A DNA stretch of 62,868 bases, filler included, from Rhabdomonas costata (GCA_019059605.1; 38 parts of 38 records of this genome joined end to end with filler, not necessarily neighbours in it), one strand, 5' to 3'; counted from the first letter of the whole stretch, positions 50,976 through 62,868 are shown. Numbers and translations are program-made. The notes: generated by a model from the sequence alone, not told the origin.

Positions 50976-51874
50976 GTACCCGTTTTCTCTCCGTGCCCTT
51001 TTTCAGAAATTGGTATTTTGAACCCCCTTTCCGATCTTAATTTCACCTTAGTGCCTTTGTGCGATAGTCGCAATTGCAGTGCTAGAAGAGCAACCACCAC
51101 ACAAAAAGAAAGTATCCCTTGAAAGTGTTCTGTGCTATGTGTAGGGATTTATTCAGTATTGGGTTGACATCATTTTCCCACGCTCAACATTTTTTTTCAC
51201 AACTGATGCACACCGTGTGCATGCTCTGTTTCGCATTCTGACGGAATTTGAGCGTGGGAAAATGATGTCAACCCAACAACNNNNNNNNNNNNNNNNNNNN
51301 NNNNNNNNNNNNNNNNNNNNNNNNTTAATTAATTAANNNNNNNNNNNNNNNNNNNNNNNNNNNNNNNNNNNNNNNNNNNNAGGGCGACCAAAAAGGACTA
51401 ATCGCGCATAAATAGCATCCGTGAGAATAAATCGGGGTCTTACCTTGTGTCGTGGAGGAATCGTGCGTGGTATGTATGGAAGGCAAACATGGAATAGCAC
51501 AATATCCACAACAAACGAGTCACTTTTCCCAGCATGCGTTTCACACATCGTACATTAACGCATTTTGGCGTCTCAAAAAAGCTTTGGGTGAGTGAACAGC
51601 ATTGGCAAGGGGGACCGACCGCAAAAAGGTCCAGATGGCTTATGTGCGAAAAAGAAAGGGGACAAATTCAAGGGAAGCATGGCCTACATTTCGAATCGAC
51701 CTTAATCAAATCAAAAAATCAATATAACAGAACGAGTGCTCGCGCGGGTTTGAGTGCGCAAAACGGGGCACAGCGCTGTGCAGCATGCCTTCTGTGCCGT
51801 GAGAACCCTGCAGGTTGTACCATCTTCATTCTGTCCGAACGGTATCGTTCGGGTTTCTCTCCTTTTTGAGAGAG

Positions 51875-52172
51875 TGGGCTGCACGGCTGCGGAGTGGGCT
51901 GTCGGGCCAGCCTGTTGCAGAGGCCAAGTACACCTCCACGGCGTTTTCTTCGCCTTTCAGTGACCATGGGGAGCGATTAGACTCTGGACCTGCGTCGCGT
52001 CTCTTAGAAACGCACGGACAGGGTTCCGGGGAAGAAACCGGGACGGAACCGACGTTGGGGTGTTCAAAATATGGGGGAGGGGTTGCCAAAGGACTCGCCG
52101 ATCTTCGCTCATCACTCATGCACACGTTCACGGAAGAAAAGCTGAAAAAACCTATTAAAAGAGACAAGGAGG
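51875..52172 (+). CDS. Hypothetical protein exon
   Basis: Open low-complexity segment ending KLKKPIKRDKE at a GT donor. Confidence 0.3.
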
Positions 52173-53229
52173 TGAAACAGTCCCTACCTGTGTCTGCTGA
52201 TCTTCTGGCAAGGCACCAGCTGTCCCATGACATTCCGCCATGTTGCTACTGTGGCATGGGCAGCACACGATGTAGTGCGGGTGTTATGGTGTGGAGGGCA
52301 CCCCCCTCCCTAACCTTCGAATAAACGCGAACCCCGAGATATACAATCAAACTCCCCTTCGCTGTGCTCAAGTACTAGTACAGGTGCCAGTGCGATAAAT
52401 AACAGTTCGGCTCTTCGGGACGCAGTTTCCAATACAAAACCTGTATCTCTCAGCAACCGCAGAACGCACAAGAACGAAAAAAAAAAGTATAATCATTCCA
52501 ATCTCACGCAGTCGCTGTCGACAGTTCCCCCTGCGGAACTTGGGAGCACAAATCCCTCTTGCATTGCTCTTACTTGCATTGCTCTTGCCCGAAGAAGTGA
52601 CAAAGTCCGCCGCATTTTGGCAGTAATCAGCCGCCTCAGTTGCATTCACCTGAAAAAGCAACCGCTCCCGGACGCTGTCCATGCGAAGAGACATCGGTGG
52701 TGCACAAGAACCTCGCATTGTACAAAAGTGCAAGAAGGACAAAGTCCTGGGTGCACTTTTATCTATGGTACACATCCACAAGGAGTATACACGGAACCAA
52801 CACATCCGTGGGAAAGGAAACCCGAACAGTTCCGCTGGCCCGAATGGAAAGAAATACAAGCTCCTGAAGCTGCAGTGAACACCCTCGGCACGCCGTCGTG
52901 GACAGAAAGGAACGAACGGAAAAGGCAAACCACACACNNNNNNNNNNNNNNNNNNNNNNNNNNNNNNNNNNNNNNNNNNNNTTAATTAATTAANNNNNNN
53001 NNNNNNNNNNNNNNNNNNNNNNNNNNNNNNNNNNNNNGGGGGGTGGTCAAGGGGTCCGGCTAAACGTAAAAGTTGGGATGCGCGTGAGGAAACAAAAAGG
53101 AGTGTGGTGATTAGAAGCAAAATGCTGAAAGAAAAAAAGGGCAGGAATCTCGTGCATCTCTCTCATGAAAGTTGACATAACATAAGGAAAGTGCGGGCAG
53201 CTGGAGTGGAGGGGGGGTGGCAGGAAAAC

Positions 53230-54347
53230 CGTGGTGTCATCTCTGGAGGAACAGGGTGCATCGCCATGCAAAGCTGAGCGAGACCTTCCCTCACGGAGGG
53301 CAAGAGCGTTCCCCCTTCGCTCCGCAAAGCCTCCAGGTAGCTCTCCAACAACCCATCCGAGGCCAGCCCCAAGCCACGACAGTACCGACACAGCTGCCCT
53401 ACGGCAACGTACAGGCCGCCCTTCAGCCACTGTGAGTTCAGCGGACCCTCGAGCACCCCGGCCTCCCTGGGTCCCTCCCCGCTTCGCCGAAGCGCCTGTA
53501 GCAGCATTTGCAACAGCGGTTTGGCTACTCCATGAAGCGATGGCGTTTCAGCCACAGTAGGCAACCCCGTAGAGTCACTGGAGGCGGACTCTGCTCGAAA
53601 GATGGTTTGCAAAAACTGAAGCCCGCTGGGAACAACTTTTCGAGTGCCACCAGAAAGACCACTCAAAGAGAGCTTCAGCAGCGCATAGTTGTGAGGCCAA
53701 AACTGAGCCAAGGCCCTGCTCGACCGGCACAGCAGTGGGAAAATTTTGAGCAGCACACTCTCCGGGGCTGGGGAGCGGACTCGGTCCACCGCAACGGGTG
53801 GAGCTTTATCGGACTGCCCACACTTGGCAAAGCCCTCCGAGTCGTGGGCCACATCCGCTTCCCAGGTGTTGCCAAGGGCAAGGTCGTACACCCGTGCAAG
53901 CACGGTGGAGTCCTCCAGGTTCACCGCTGGCTCAACAAACTGCTTCCGCAGCAGCTCCCCTGAGAGGGCCACCTGGTGGTGGGGGTCACAGCATGCTACC
54001 AGAACCACGGGAAGCGCAAGCCCTGCCAGCCACTGGTGCTGCTCCGCAACAGCAGTGGGCTCCCCACCCTCGGAGTGCTCAACAAGATGTGCCCTTAGAA
54101 GCCGGAGGACGCAGAGCTTTGCAGGAAGCAGGTCTGCAGTGCCCAAGGAGGGCTTTCCAGCCAGCACAAGGCGAGTGTCCACGATGCTCATTCCGGAGGA
54201 AGTCCGGCTGGCCAAGGTGGCCCCGGGGGAGTACAGAAAGAGCCGCCGAAGATGCTCAAAGAGGGCCTGAGCGGTGGCTTGAAGCTCGGCCACAGAGGCC
54301 GAGACGGGCTTGTAGTACTGAAAGAGGATGTCGTCGCGAGCCAGCAC
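53230..54347 (-). CDS. ECM29: Proteasome adapter ECM29-like HEAT-repeat protein, long exon
   Basis: SGMS..GK..L..AKLCVLRLL, LVACCDPHHQVALSGE.L.K, NLEDSTVLARVYDLALG, RSPA..VLLKIFPLLCRS, GLQF, LYVAVGQL and SVREGL follow the ECM29 N-terminal pattern. Confidence 0.8.
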
Positions 54348-54995
54348 CTGCACAGAACACATCCCCGAGGCATTCTACGTGCATCAACGTCATCAACGTA
54401 ACCCAAAAAATGTGGAAGGATAGGCTTCTCCCGATTCAACAATCCCCTCGTTCCAACTATTTCGCCAATTTCCAGACACTGTTCCCGTCTCTGCAAAAAT
54501 AACTAATCTGAAAAAGGTTCTTTGCGTTTCTTGCTTTTTTGTGTGAATTTTTGTAAACGAAGGCCTGCAAAAATTCACACAAAAACANNNNNNNNNNNNN
54601 NNNNNNNNNNNNNNNNNNNNNNNNNNNNNNNTTAATTAATTAANNNNNNNNNNNNNNNNNNNNNNNNNNNNNNNNNNNNNNNNNNNNTTGTTGTTTTTGG
54701 TTTCTATATTTGGATTTTTTCTATTTGGGCATGGGGGCTATTTTGCCACCATCAGATCGGTTTGCTAGGCTTCTGCCAATCCCGGGATTGGCTGGGCTGC
54801 TGATCCGTCCTGCCATCATCCGCAGTGATCCAAGTGCCAATATATTCGGCTGATGTCTTCTATGCCGTGGGTCAACTTTAACCCTTTCTCATCAAACTTT
54901 CCTTTGTGAAGTTTGGCAGGCCTTGCTGCGTTGGCGCCGTCAATCACAGAAACTTACTATGTTCTTTCAGCCAGGATGCCTTCAGAATTGGCCTG

Positions 54996-56244
54996 ATGCT
55001 TGGCCTCCTTCTTTTGGTGCTGCTAAGTTCCGTGGCCTCCCCAGTCTCTCCACCACGGGTAGTTTTCACGGAGCCCTATCCGCTTAGTGTGGACGCCTTT
55101 GGGAAGTTGGTACGCTCCTCCACCCCTTCAGGAATCAACCCTGTCCCCGTCGACCCAACTGCCTTCCACACCGTCAGCAACATCGCCCAGGCGGTGTACT
55201 ATGTTGTGGACCCGTGCGGCCGACGGACCCGCTACTCCCTTGCTCTTCAATACTATGATGCCCCCACCCAGAGCCTATCCTACGATGAAGTCTTCCAACG
55301 CGACCCGGCCTACGACCGGGTGCACCCCGGTGGGGAGCAGCTGGAGATTCTGAGCTTGAGCAATGGATCTTTGGTTGATGTCGCTCTGACCTGGGACGGG
55401 AGTTTTGAGTGCGTTTTTCTCCCCAGAGGGGCCAGGACTCCCACCACCCAGCCGATTGAGGAGAGCGCCCCCGGGGTACTGTATCTGGGTGTTCGATATG
55501 GGGAGTTGGGAGACCCCGACGAGAGCACCCTGTATGACCTGCACCGTGTGGACGGGCTGTGGTTCAACGGGGCCCCGATAATATATTACATTGACCGAGC
55601 CACCGGTGGGCTCAGAAAGCAGCTGTACTACCAGTCCTCAGCGGTGGGGAGCTCGGGCCCCAACTACTTCTGGGAGCTCTCCGTGCTGGGTTCTGGGCCC
55701 GTGGTTCAGGCGGCCTTCTCCACGAATCACCCGGAGTACTTTGGGATCGACACCACCACCTTGCGAGCGGCGGCATGTCCCGCTGGAGCTCTAGCTTTTG
55801 GATACTCTCCTGGCCAAGCTCGCCCTCAGCCCAGCAATGTCCCCGCGGTGACAGTGCCCTCTTCCACCGTTCCGTATCCCAGTAACATTACCTTGTTTGT
55901 CTCCCGTGTACAGGCTTCCACTCCTCCGGGGACCCGTCCCGTTCCAATCGATCCGCAGTTCTTCAACAATGTCAGTAACATTGCAAGAGTGATGTACTAC
56001 ACCGTTGACTCCAACGGAACTCGCCATGCCTACTCTCTGGGCATCCAGTACTACGATGCAGTGGCCAAAGCCCTCTCCTATGACATGGTTCTACTCCGTG
56101 AACCCGCCTACAATATCAACCGCACCGGATCTGAGCGGCTGGAGGTCATGTCGATGATCGATTCCGCACTTGTGAATCAAAATTTGGACTTCGATGGGGC
56201 CTGGGTTTGCGTGAGCCAGCCTCCAGGACGGTTCTCCAACCACC
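54996..56244 (+). CDS. Secreted protein with a tandem ~266-aa repeat, ependymin-related/LolA-fold-like
   Basis: Signal peptide MLGLLLLVLLSSVAS; intronless ORF of about 416 aa. Repeat units start at 55119 and 55917 (STP.G..PVP.DP..F..VSNIA...YY.VD..YSL..QYYDA...LSYD). The fold call is inference. Confidence 0.7.
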
Positions 56245-56392
56245 NNNNNNNNNNNNNNNNNNNNNNNNNNNNNNNNNNNNNNNNNNNNTTAATTAATTAA
56301 NNNNNNNNNNNNNNNNNNNNNNNNNNNNNNNNNNNNNNNNNNNNTTTTGTGTGGCCCTTCGGAGAGTGCATGGGGTTAGGAAGTGATGCACC

Positions 56393-56757
56393 GGTCCCCT
56401 GGGATTCTAATATAGGAATTTTCAGGGGGTTAGATCGCAACGAACGATTCCCCGGATCAAAATAGAAGTTTTTGCAGGGGCTTGGGATGCGATGTACGGG
56501 TCCTCCAAAGTTGGGTATGGGTGAGTGTGGTGGTGGTGCTGTGGTTCATGGTATTCATTCTGTGCTGGTTTAGTTATTGGGTGGTGTGTCCTTCGGTGCT
56601 TTGGTGCGTCTTGCGGTGTTGGGTGTGGGATTGACTGCGTGTTGGGTACTGGTTTGTGTTACGGTATGGGTCCCCTGGGATTCTAACATAGGAATTTGCA
56701 GGGGGTTAGGACGATGCATGGGTCACCTGGAGTTGTAATAGAGGAATTAGCAGGGTG
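56393..56757 (+). repeat. ~41-bp direct repeat: two close copies plus one degenerate copy
   Basis: GGTCCCCTGGGATTCTAAYATAGGAATTTKCAGGGGGTTAG at 56393-56433 and 56669-56709; decayed copy at 56720-56757; G/T-rich spacer. Confidence 0.85.
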
Positions 56758-57395
56758 TCCCCTGAGACTCTTTCCAGGATGTCTTGGGCGGCTTCTCTGC
56801 GCTCTGCGGCCAAAGATCCTAGGCGCTTTCACTTGTTTGACATACATGTGCGGGTTCCAGCGGGTTGGTGTGGGGTGTACTACCGCTAAACGGACTTTGC
56901 ACCAAGAAAGTCGCGTCACGCCACGCAGCCAGCCATTCCGTTCTGCCACGCAGCCTTTCCTCCGCATCCTAGTCTCGAAAAAGAAAAACCCCGATCAGGC
57001 CAATGCCGATGGGGCACTCGAGAGATCCCAGTGTGCCTGACAGGAAGCGACAGGCCAATACACGCACATCAAGGAAAAGTTCAAAAAACAGAAACCGAAA
57101 ACCAAAACCAGCCCCACAGCTCCGGCGGCAGCGCAGTGCAAACGAAACAAAACAACCAAACCTCCAAATTGCCAACAGCCCAGCGAGCCCGAAGGTAACC
57201 TCAGCATCAAAAAAAGGTTTCGCCACTGGCCCCCGAAATCGGGCCGCTGAATACCAGCAGGAAAACCCGCACCTTTGTTCCCATACATCTCAGTTGTGCT
57301 GGATAATCCGGCCGCGTGTGCAGTGGGTTTTCTCCACTGACATCCTGTACTGAGGTGCAATGATATTGATAATGAGTCCTCCCCTGCCAGGGGTG

Positions 57396-57631
57396 CTACC
57401 CCACTTGCGGGGTGTTGCCTGCGAAGAGGCGGTCTGCCAAGGTGATTGAAGTGCAGATGATCAGCACGGCCAGAACGTCCATGGTCATCTGGATGCTAGG
57501 TCCGGCATGCTCGGGGTCCATCCCCAGGTACTGCAGCAGGAAGGGCAGCGAGCCCCCCACGAGGGCGGAGGTCAGCACTATCACCAGCAGGGCGGCCGTC
57601 ATCGCCACCACAATAAACATCGGAGTGGGCA
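57396..57631 (-). CDS. mgtE: MgtE-family magnesium transporter, terminal exon
   Basis: SALVGGSLPFLLQYLGMDPEHAGPSIQMTMDVLAV matches the MgtE C-terminal G..LP.....DP..A.P.I....D motif; ends at TAG. Confidence 0.85.
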
Positions 57632-58926
57632 CTGTTGGGTTTAAATCAAACCGTAACCCCCCCGTCCCCAGTCGCAGACCTGGGGTTTTTTGTATATATA
57701 ACAGGCCTCCCGAAACGCTGCGTGGCCGGTGCTTGGGGTCAGAATTCACTCACTGACCTTTCAACCTCGGCAGGTTGTGGTGCCCTTGGGTGGTACTCCT
57801 TTTGTGCCGTTCTTGCCCCACGCACCGAGGGTTTACGACAGCACACACAACGTGTTTACATAAAACAAACCCACTCCGAATGGGGGCAGGCAACACACAC
57901 NNNNNNNNNNNNNNNNNNNNNNNNNNNNNNNNNNNNNNNNNNNNTTAATTAATTAANNNNNNNNNNNNNNNNNNNNNNNNNNNNNNNNNNNNNNNNNNNN
58001 GTGTTGGGTGTGGTTGGGTTGTGTTTTTGCGGCGTCCAAAAAGTCGACTAAGGTTGGCGAAGTGCCGAAGGCGCAAGACACGTAAAACACTCATACCCAT
58101 CCGCTTCGTCCCCCGTCCACTGCCGCTTACTGAATGGTGCACCTTCCAAATTGAGCGCGGTGAAAATGAATTTGCGTACCCTCCGTCACTCATACAGCTA
58201 GATCATTACCAGCTCCGATTCGAAACTGGCGATCATCACCAGTGTCCTGTGTTGTTGAGAAAGCCTGGGCTCGTTGCACTCCAGCAGTCCACGCACGCAC
58301 GCACACACACACATACACAAACACAGACACACTTTGCCTGTCTTCATTTACTCCCACGCGAGCTGGCGAGAGGGGTCTGGGGGCAGGGCTGGGAAAAGGT
58401 GCAAACTACAAAGGGCACAAAACGCATTTTGGACCCTTTCCAAAAATGATGGCTTGAAATGCAGGTTTTTGCTGCCTGCTTTCACTTTTTTGCACCCTTT
58501 TCGTGCACTTTTTTCATCGCATTTTTAACACCTTGAGCTGGTATGTGCATCCCCACGGCCGTCTCCGCCACTGCCCGCTGCTGAAGGAGATGAGAATCCT
58601 TTTGACGGCAGTCTGTACTATGGTGTTGTGTGGATAATTTTATACAAAACTGACCGCGAAGTTCTGGATTGAAGTGCACTTTTTTGCATGTTTTTTTTGC
58701 ACTTTTTTGCGCCGGAGGAGGAGGGGCCGAGCACCCAATTTGCCAATGAGCGTACACACCACACCTACTTGCGAACTTCGAGCACCCATTCCGATGGCCG
58801 GTGCATTAGGTTAGGGTTCTCCAGGAACCGGGAAATCAGCCCCTGTGCCGTCCGCTCAGCACATCTGGATCCGCATGTGGGCACTCTCTTTCATTGTTAG
58901 GTGCTTCGCCTTTTTTGTTTTCGCAG

Positions 58927-59153
58927 GAGGTGTGAAGGGGCTGGCCTACATTGGGGCGATCCAGGCGCTGGAGGAGAACGGGGTTCCACTGCGGCAGCTG
59001 CAAGGCCTGGTGGGGACCTCCGTGGGAGCGATCACGGCGACCCTGATTGCGATTGGGTTCGTGGGCCCCGAGTTGGCGCGGAAGATGACGGAGTGCCCCA
59101 TTGAGACCTTCCTGGACTTCTCCGAGGGCTTGCAGCACATCAAGGGGCTGCAG
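58927..59153 (+). CDS. Patatin-like phospholipase exon (ExoU/VipD-like subtype)
   Basis: AG/GT-bounded exon GGVKGLAYIGAIQALEE..LVGTSVGAITATL, containing the oxyanion Gly motif and the GxSxG nucleophile. Confidence 0.92.
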
Positions 59154-60636
59154 GTCAGATTTAACGTCCTCCCTTGGGTTTGATGGTCACCCTGGTTCAC
59201 TCACTTTGAGCTAGTGAGAACTTCAAGGGAGATCGACGACGCTCAAATGGGAAAACGATCTGCAGAGGCGATCGTATAATTGGGTGGCTTCTTTCGGTTT
59301 CCAAGGCCACGCCGCGGAACCCCGTCATACATATCGCTGACTTTTGATCGTCCGCCCCCAACCCCATTGTCATTATCATGTTGTCATGTATGATGTCCCA
59401 GCCTCAAGCATTTGCATACCGGCATATATCGGCAGCGTGACGGTCTTCCAGTTTGCTTCACGAATTTCAATTTCGCAGGCTATTAAAATGCTCTTCGTAG
59501 AATTATGTGACCTCCCTGTATGGGTTCCCGTGGGTTCACCCCGCACCCCCCCACAANNNNNNNNNNNNNNNNNNNNNNNNNNNNNNNNNNNNNNNNNNNN
59601 TTAATTAATTAANNNNNNNNNNNNNNNNNNNNNNNNNNNNNNNNNNNNNNNNNNNNGTTTGTGGACAGTTGACACTGGACATTGACCCTGAGCGTCTGAG
59701 CGGCTTCTGTCGTTTGTTTTTCCACCCCTGCTTCCCTACCTTTCTTGACTTCGCGGATTCCACGACGGAATTCCATGATGCTTCCAAACCAAGGCATTGT
59801 GAAAGTATGAACGCTTCGAAAATGCTGACCGATACACTCATTTTCTCTTGATTGCTTTTTTCGTGGGGGCTTCTTTTTCTTTTTTTTCTGGCGCGCTTGG
59901 GTGGTCACCCCCCCAGCGTGTAATCAAGGCGAGCTTTGGATAAAGATAAACCAAGGTGAACCAACGTAAGCACAAACAATCAAGGGGGGAACCCGCCCTG
60001 GCCGGTATTTATCTCCGCTCGCAAAACCTGCAAGAGTGCAGGGAACTCCCGAACGCGAAGAAAGCAGAAGGGAACCCGCCCAAGGCTGCCCGGTCTCTTC
60101 CTCTCCTCTCATTCTAGTTCCCGACGAAGCGCTCAACCGAGTAGCCATGAACTTGACACGTGTTCGTTTTCTCCACACGCACACACACGCTCACGCGAAC
60201 GAAAAACAAGCAGAGGTGGTGGGTGTGGGGTTTGTTGAGGTCAGACAGCTGGGTCGGGGTCGGGACAGTCATGCTGGCGTGGGTGTGCGGTACGTGGGCA
60301 CTTATGGGACGCAATGATGAAGTCAATGCAGTTCAGGACCTCCAGCAGGCGCTGCCGGGGCCAGCATCTAAACAAAAGGAAGTCAAAGCAGCCGGAATAG
60401 CTTCTTCACCACCTTTTAGCGCTCTTGCTTGTCTGGTTGAACGGTCTGGTTGAATACATCCTTGTGGAAATTGCGCGTGTCCAACTTACAATGTACAATT
60501 GTGGTTCTGTGTTATCGTGTCCTGCGGTGCTGGCATGCCCTGTCAGGGATGTTGTCGTTGTCGGCTCTGCTCTGTTGTTGGCTCTGCTCAGACATAGAAG
60601 AGTTGTGGTGGTTGTGTGGGGTGGGGTGGGGCGCAG

Positions 60637-60852
60637 AACATCCCGCTCTCCCCGGGGTACACTGTGGAGGGCCTGCTATCGGACGAGGTGGAGATCGCGA
60701 AGTGGTCCAGCGATGGCCTGCCCAGCGACGACCTCTCTGTGCAGAACGGTATCCTCACCACGCAGGCCTCGCGGTTCCCGCTCTGCGTGGATCCTCAGAT
60801 GCAGGCTGTGTCCTGGATCAAGAAGATGCACGGCACCAACGCCCGCTTCGAG
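60637..60852 (+). CDS. DNAH10: Axonemal dynein heavy chain exon (inner arm I1-alpha/DNAH10-like, start of AAA5)
   Basis: [54 protein letters not shown]. Confidence 0.92.
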
Positions 60853-61917
60853 GTCCCCCCTTCCAACCCAACATAAATGTGGATTAGTGGATGACGTCCA
60901 ACCGCCTGCATCTGTGGGGAACCCCTGTCCATGTGAACCGACTGCCGATGAGGCTTGCTGAACTGTGAGACACCCCGTACCATGTACCCTGTGGTCTGGA
61001 CAGCACCAAACACTCATCACTCGGATTCGCAAGCAAACTCGGATCGGACCCCAATCCACAGCATCATTCCAGAGGTTTGGCTGCGTCTTGGTTTCCGTGT
61101 GTTCAAATCACGCACATACACGCAACATCATTAAATAGACCACCGTTTCTCCGATGTCATGGTTATAAATTTTCTGATCCGCTGTCATTCGTGCGCACTC
61201 TACCCACAAACCNNNNNNNNNNNNNNNNNNNNNNNNNNNNNNNNNNNNNNNNNNNNTTAATTAATTAANNNNNNNNNNNNNNNNNNNNNNNNNNNNNNNN
61301 NNNNNNNNNNNNGAAGAGGGAGAAGAAAGGTTTAAAACAAAAGACTTCTGCACAAATCCGGGACAGAAACAGAGAGGGCTGGAAGAGCGAAACAACGTAA
61401 GCGTCGCACACACGGGAAGGGAGGGCCCGGAAATATTCACTGTGATGCCCGTGGGTGGCGGCTTCTCCCACTAAGTAATCGAGGCACCAAGGTAAACAAA
61501 GCAAGCCGCCGTACTTGGTTGGGTTGCCCGAGATTAGTTTGGTTTAGGAATTGGTAATGGCAGGTGTAGTATTTTGAGCGAGGTTGGAATACGGGGGGTC
61601 CGGTGGTGTTTGGCTTTCTGGAGCTTTTGCGTTGGCACCCCACCAGCTTTCGTTGCAATATTACGATATTATATGATTATATGATTCACTCGCTCTCTGG
61701 CTTTGCAGGGTACACGCGGTTGTTGCTTTTTGTTTTACTTGACTTTTCCGGATATCATTCGAGTGGAAGGGGTTCTAATCCCCCTTCCAGACCGCACTTC
61801 CTGTTTGTGAGCTTTCTGTCGCTCTGTGTGGGTGGGTGTCCGCGCGTTTTTTTTCAGACTTACCCGGGTGAAAGGGGCCATTCGGATCCTCCTAAAGAGC
61901 GATTATCAGCATTTCAT

Positions 61918-62346
61918 ATGTCCTCGGAGTTCTCCCCAACTATGTCCACAGCCACCGACGGCGGCAGCTGCATGGCGCTGAACCCCACCCTGGTCCTTCC
62001 CCTTGCTATGGGTCCCGCGGTGCAGTCTTCGGCCAGCCTGTCGGCCTCCCCGCTGCGGGCGTCGTGCTACCAGCAGAGCTTGCTCGCCTGCCCAACACTG
62101 CCCTCGCAATGTGGTCCGTCGTCAGGGCGGCAGGCCACTCACCGCAGCGCTTTGTCTGCGCAGTCCATCCCCGACGGGCCCATCGGGTCCGGGGCTCGTT
62201 TTCGAAGTATTCCTCTAAGACTTCTGTTTGTGGTGGTGCTGTGCCTGTTTGCAGTTGGTCCAGCGGTGACGTTGTGGATCATCTCATGGCGGTCTGGGCA
62301 GGACGCGCTGAACGGGGTGCAGGGCCTGGCGATGACCTCTGTGGAG
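61918..62346 (+). CDS. Membrane protein first exon, possibly a receptor-type nucleotide cyclase or sensor
   Basis: Ser/Pro-rich cytosolic N-terminus, then IPLRLLFVVVLCLFAVGPAVTLWIISWRSGQDAL (TM helix followed by a long helix, as precedes Cache-type sensors). GT donor at 62347. Confidence 0.45.
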
Positions 62347-62868
62347 GTATTCGGATTACTTCAAAGAGACGTCCCTCAGATCTTTCAGAATAGAGTTTGT
62401 TCATTCTTCGGCGTGTTGGTGATCATGGCCCCTGTGCGGCTGGTGAGTAAGAGCTCGAGCCTTGGCGAAGATCAAGTGCTGCATCGCACTGACTCTTCAT
62501 ATCAGCAGTTTTTGGTTCAGGCTCTCGCTACCATTGGTCTGTCGGCCGCTGCTGCCAAAGCAGCGCTCTGTCCCTCTTCTCTCTCTCTCCACTTAGTCAG
62601 CAAGCATGGTGAAGCATTGCCCTATGCCGAGCACAGAGCTCAAACGAGTTCTCCGGTGGATGTTTTGCCCACGCGCGCACACACACATCACACAATTTCC
62701 GTTTCGGTTGCACCGTCTCCGGTTGTGGTGTGAGAAGGTAGGTGCGTTCTTCTTCACTTTCGTGATCTCACACTTGCTGGAAAGCGCTCTGAGAGTGTTC
62801 TACCGTTCTACCTGTTCCACCTATTTTCACACACATAGCACAACCACAACCAAAGCTTACCCCCCACA

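Noticed and set aside
53508-54502. Long plus-strand ORFs opposite ECM29, and similar shadows such as 28137-29059 on the minus strand
   Set aside because: Antisense shadows of GC-rich coding exons with no recognisable motifs.
28185-59153. SIR2 + SF1 helicase + patatin read as a defence island
   Set aside because: They lie on different contigs ordered by length only, so adjacency carries no information. The helicase looks like housekeeping ZGRF1.
1559-61312. Regularly spaced identical TTAATTAATTAA repeat suggesting a CRISPR or other array
   Set aside because: It is embedded in N runs and has stops in all six frames, so it is an assembly linker. ORFs ending XXXLIN or XXXN are artefacts of it.
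1-62868. rRNA, tRNA, spliced-leader RNA or hammerhead ribozyme genes
   Set aside because: None recognised by eye. An Infernal/tRNAscan run would be needed to exclude divergent ones, especially in the non-coding contigs 6637-8193, 29843-31399 and 43098-44653.

Overview
This window is not contiguous DNA. It is a pseudomolecule of 38 unrelated, size-sorted contigs of about 1.55 kb, joined by 37 artificial 100-nt linkers (N44-TTAATTAATTAA-N44). Most contigs start with G/T-only tracts and end with C/A-only tracts, and about ten have terminal fold-back duplications, which points to whole-genome-amplified (probably single-cell) material. The source is an intron-rich, flagellated eukaryote with TTAGGG repeats, probably a euglenozoan or euglenid (inference). 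Recognisable gene fragments are: kinesin, WD40, F-box-like, RAB3GAP1, a TRP-like membrane protein, Rab32/38, an EGF + GH43-like propeller protein, a P1B Cu-ATPase, an AGC kinase, a ZGRF1 helicase, B3GLCT, tandem periplasmic-binding (receptor adenylate cyclase-type) ectodomains, a PUB protein, ECM29, a tandem ependymin/LolA-like secreted protein, MgtE, a patatin and a DNAH10-like dynein. The most interesting signal is a spliced gene at 28185-29349 that fuses a WWE (ADP-ribose-binding type) domain to a bacterial-defence-type SIR2-like domain, a candidate protist immune NADase. Splice donors across the window are strikingly degenerate, including GC-AG introns. All calls come from reading the sequence by eye; no searches were run.
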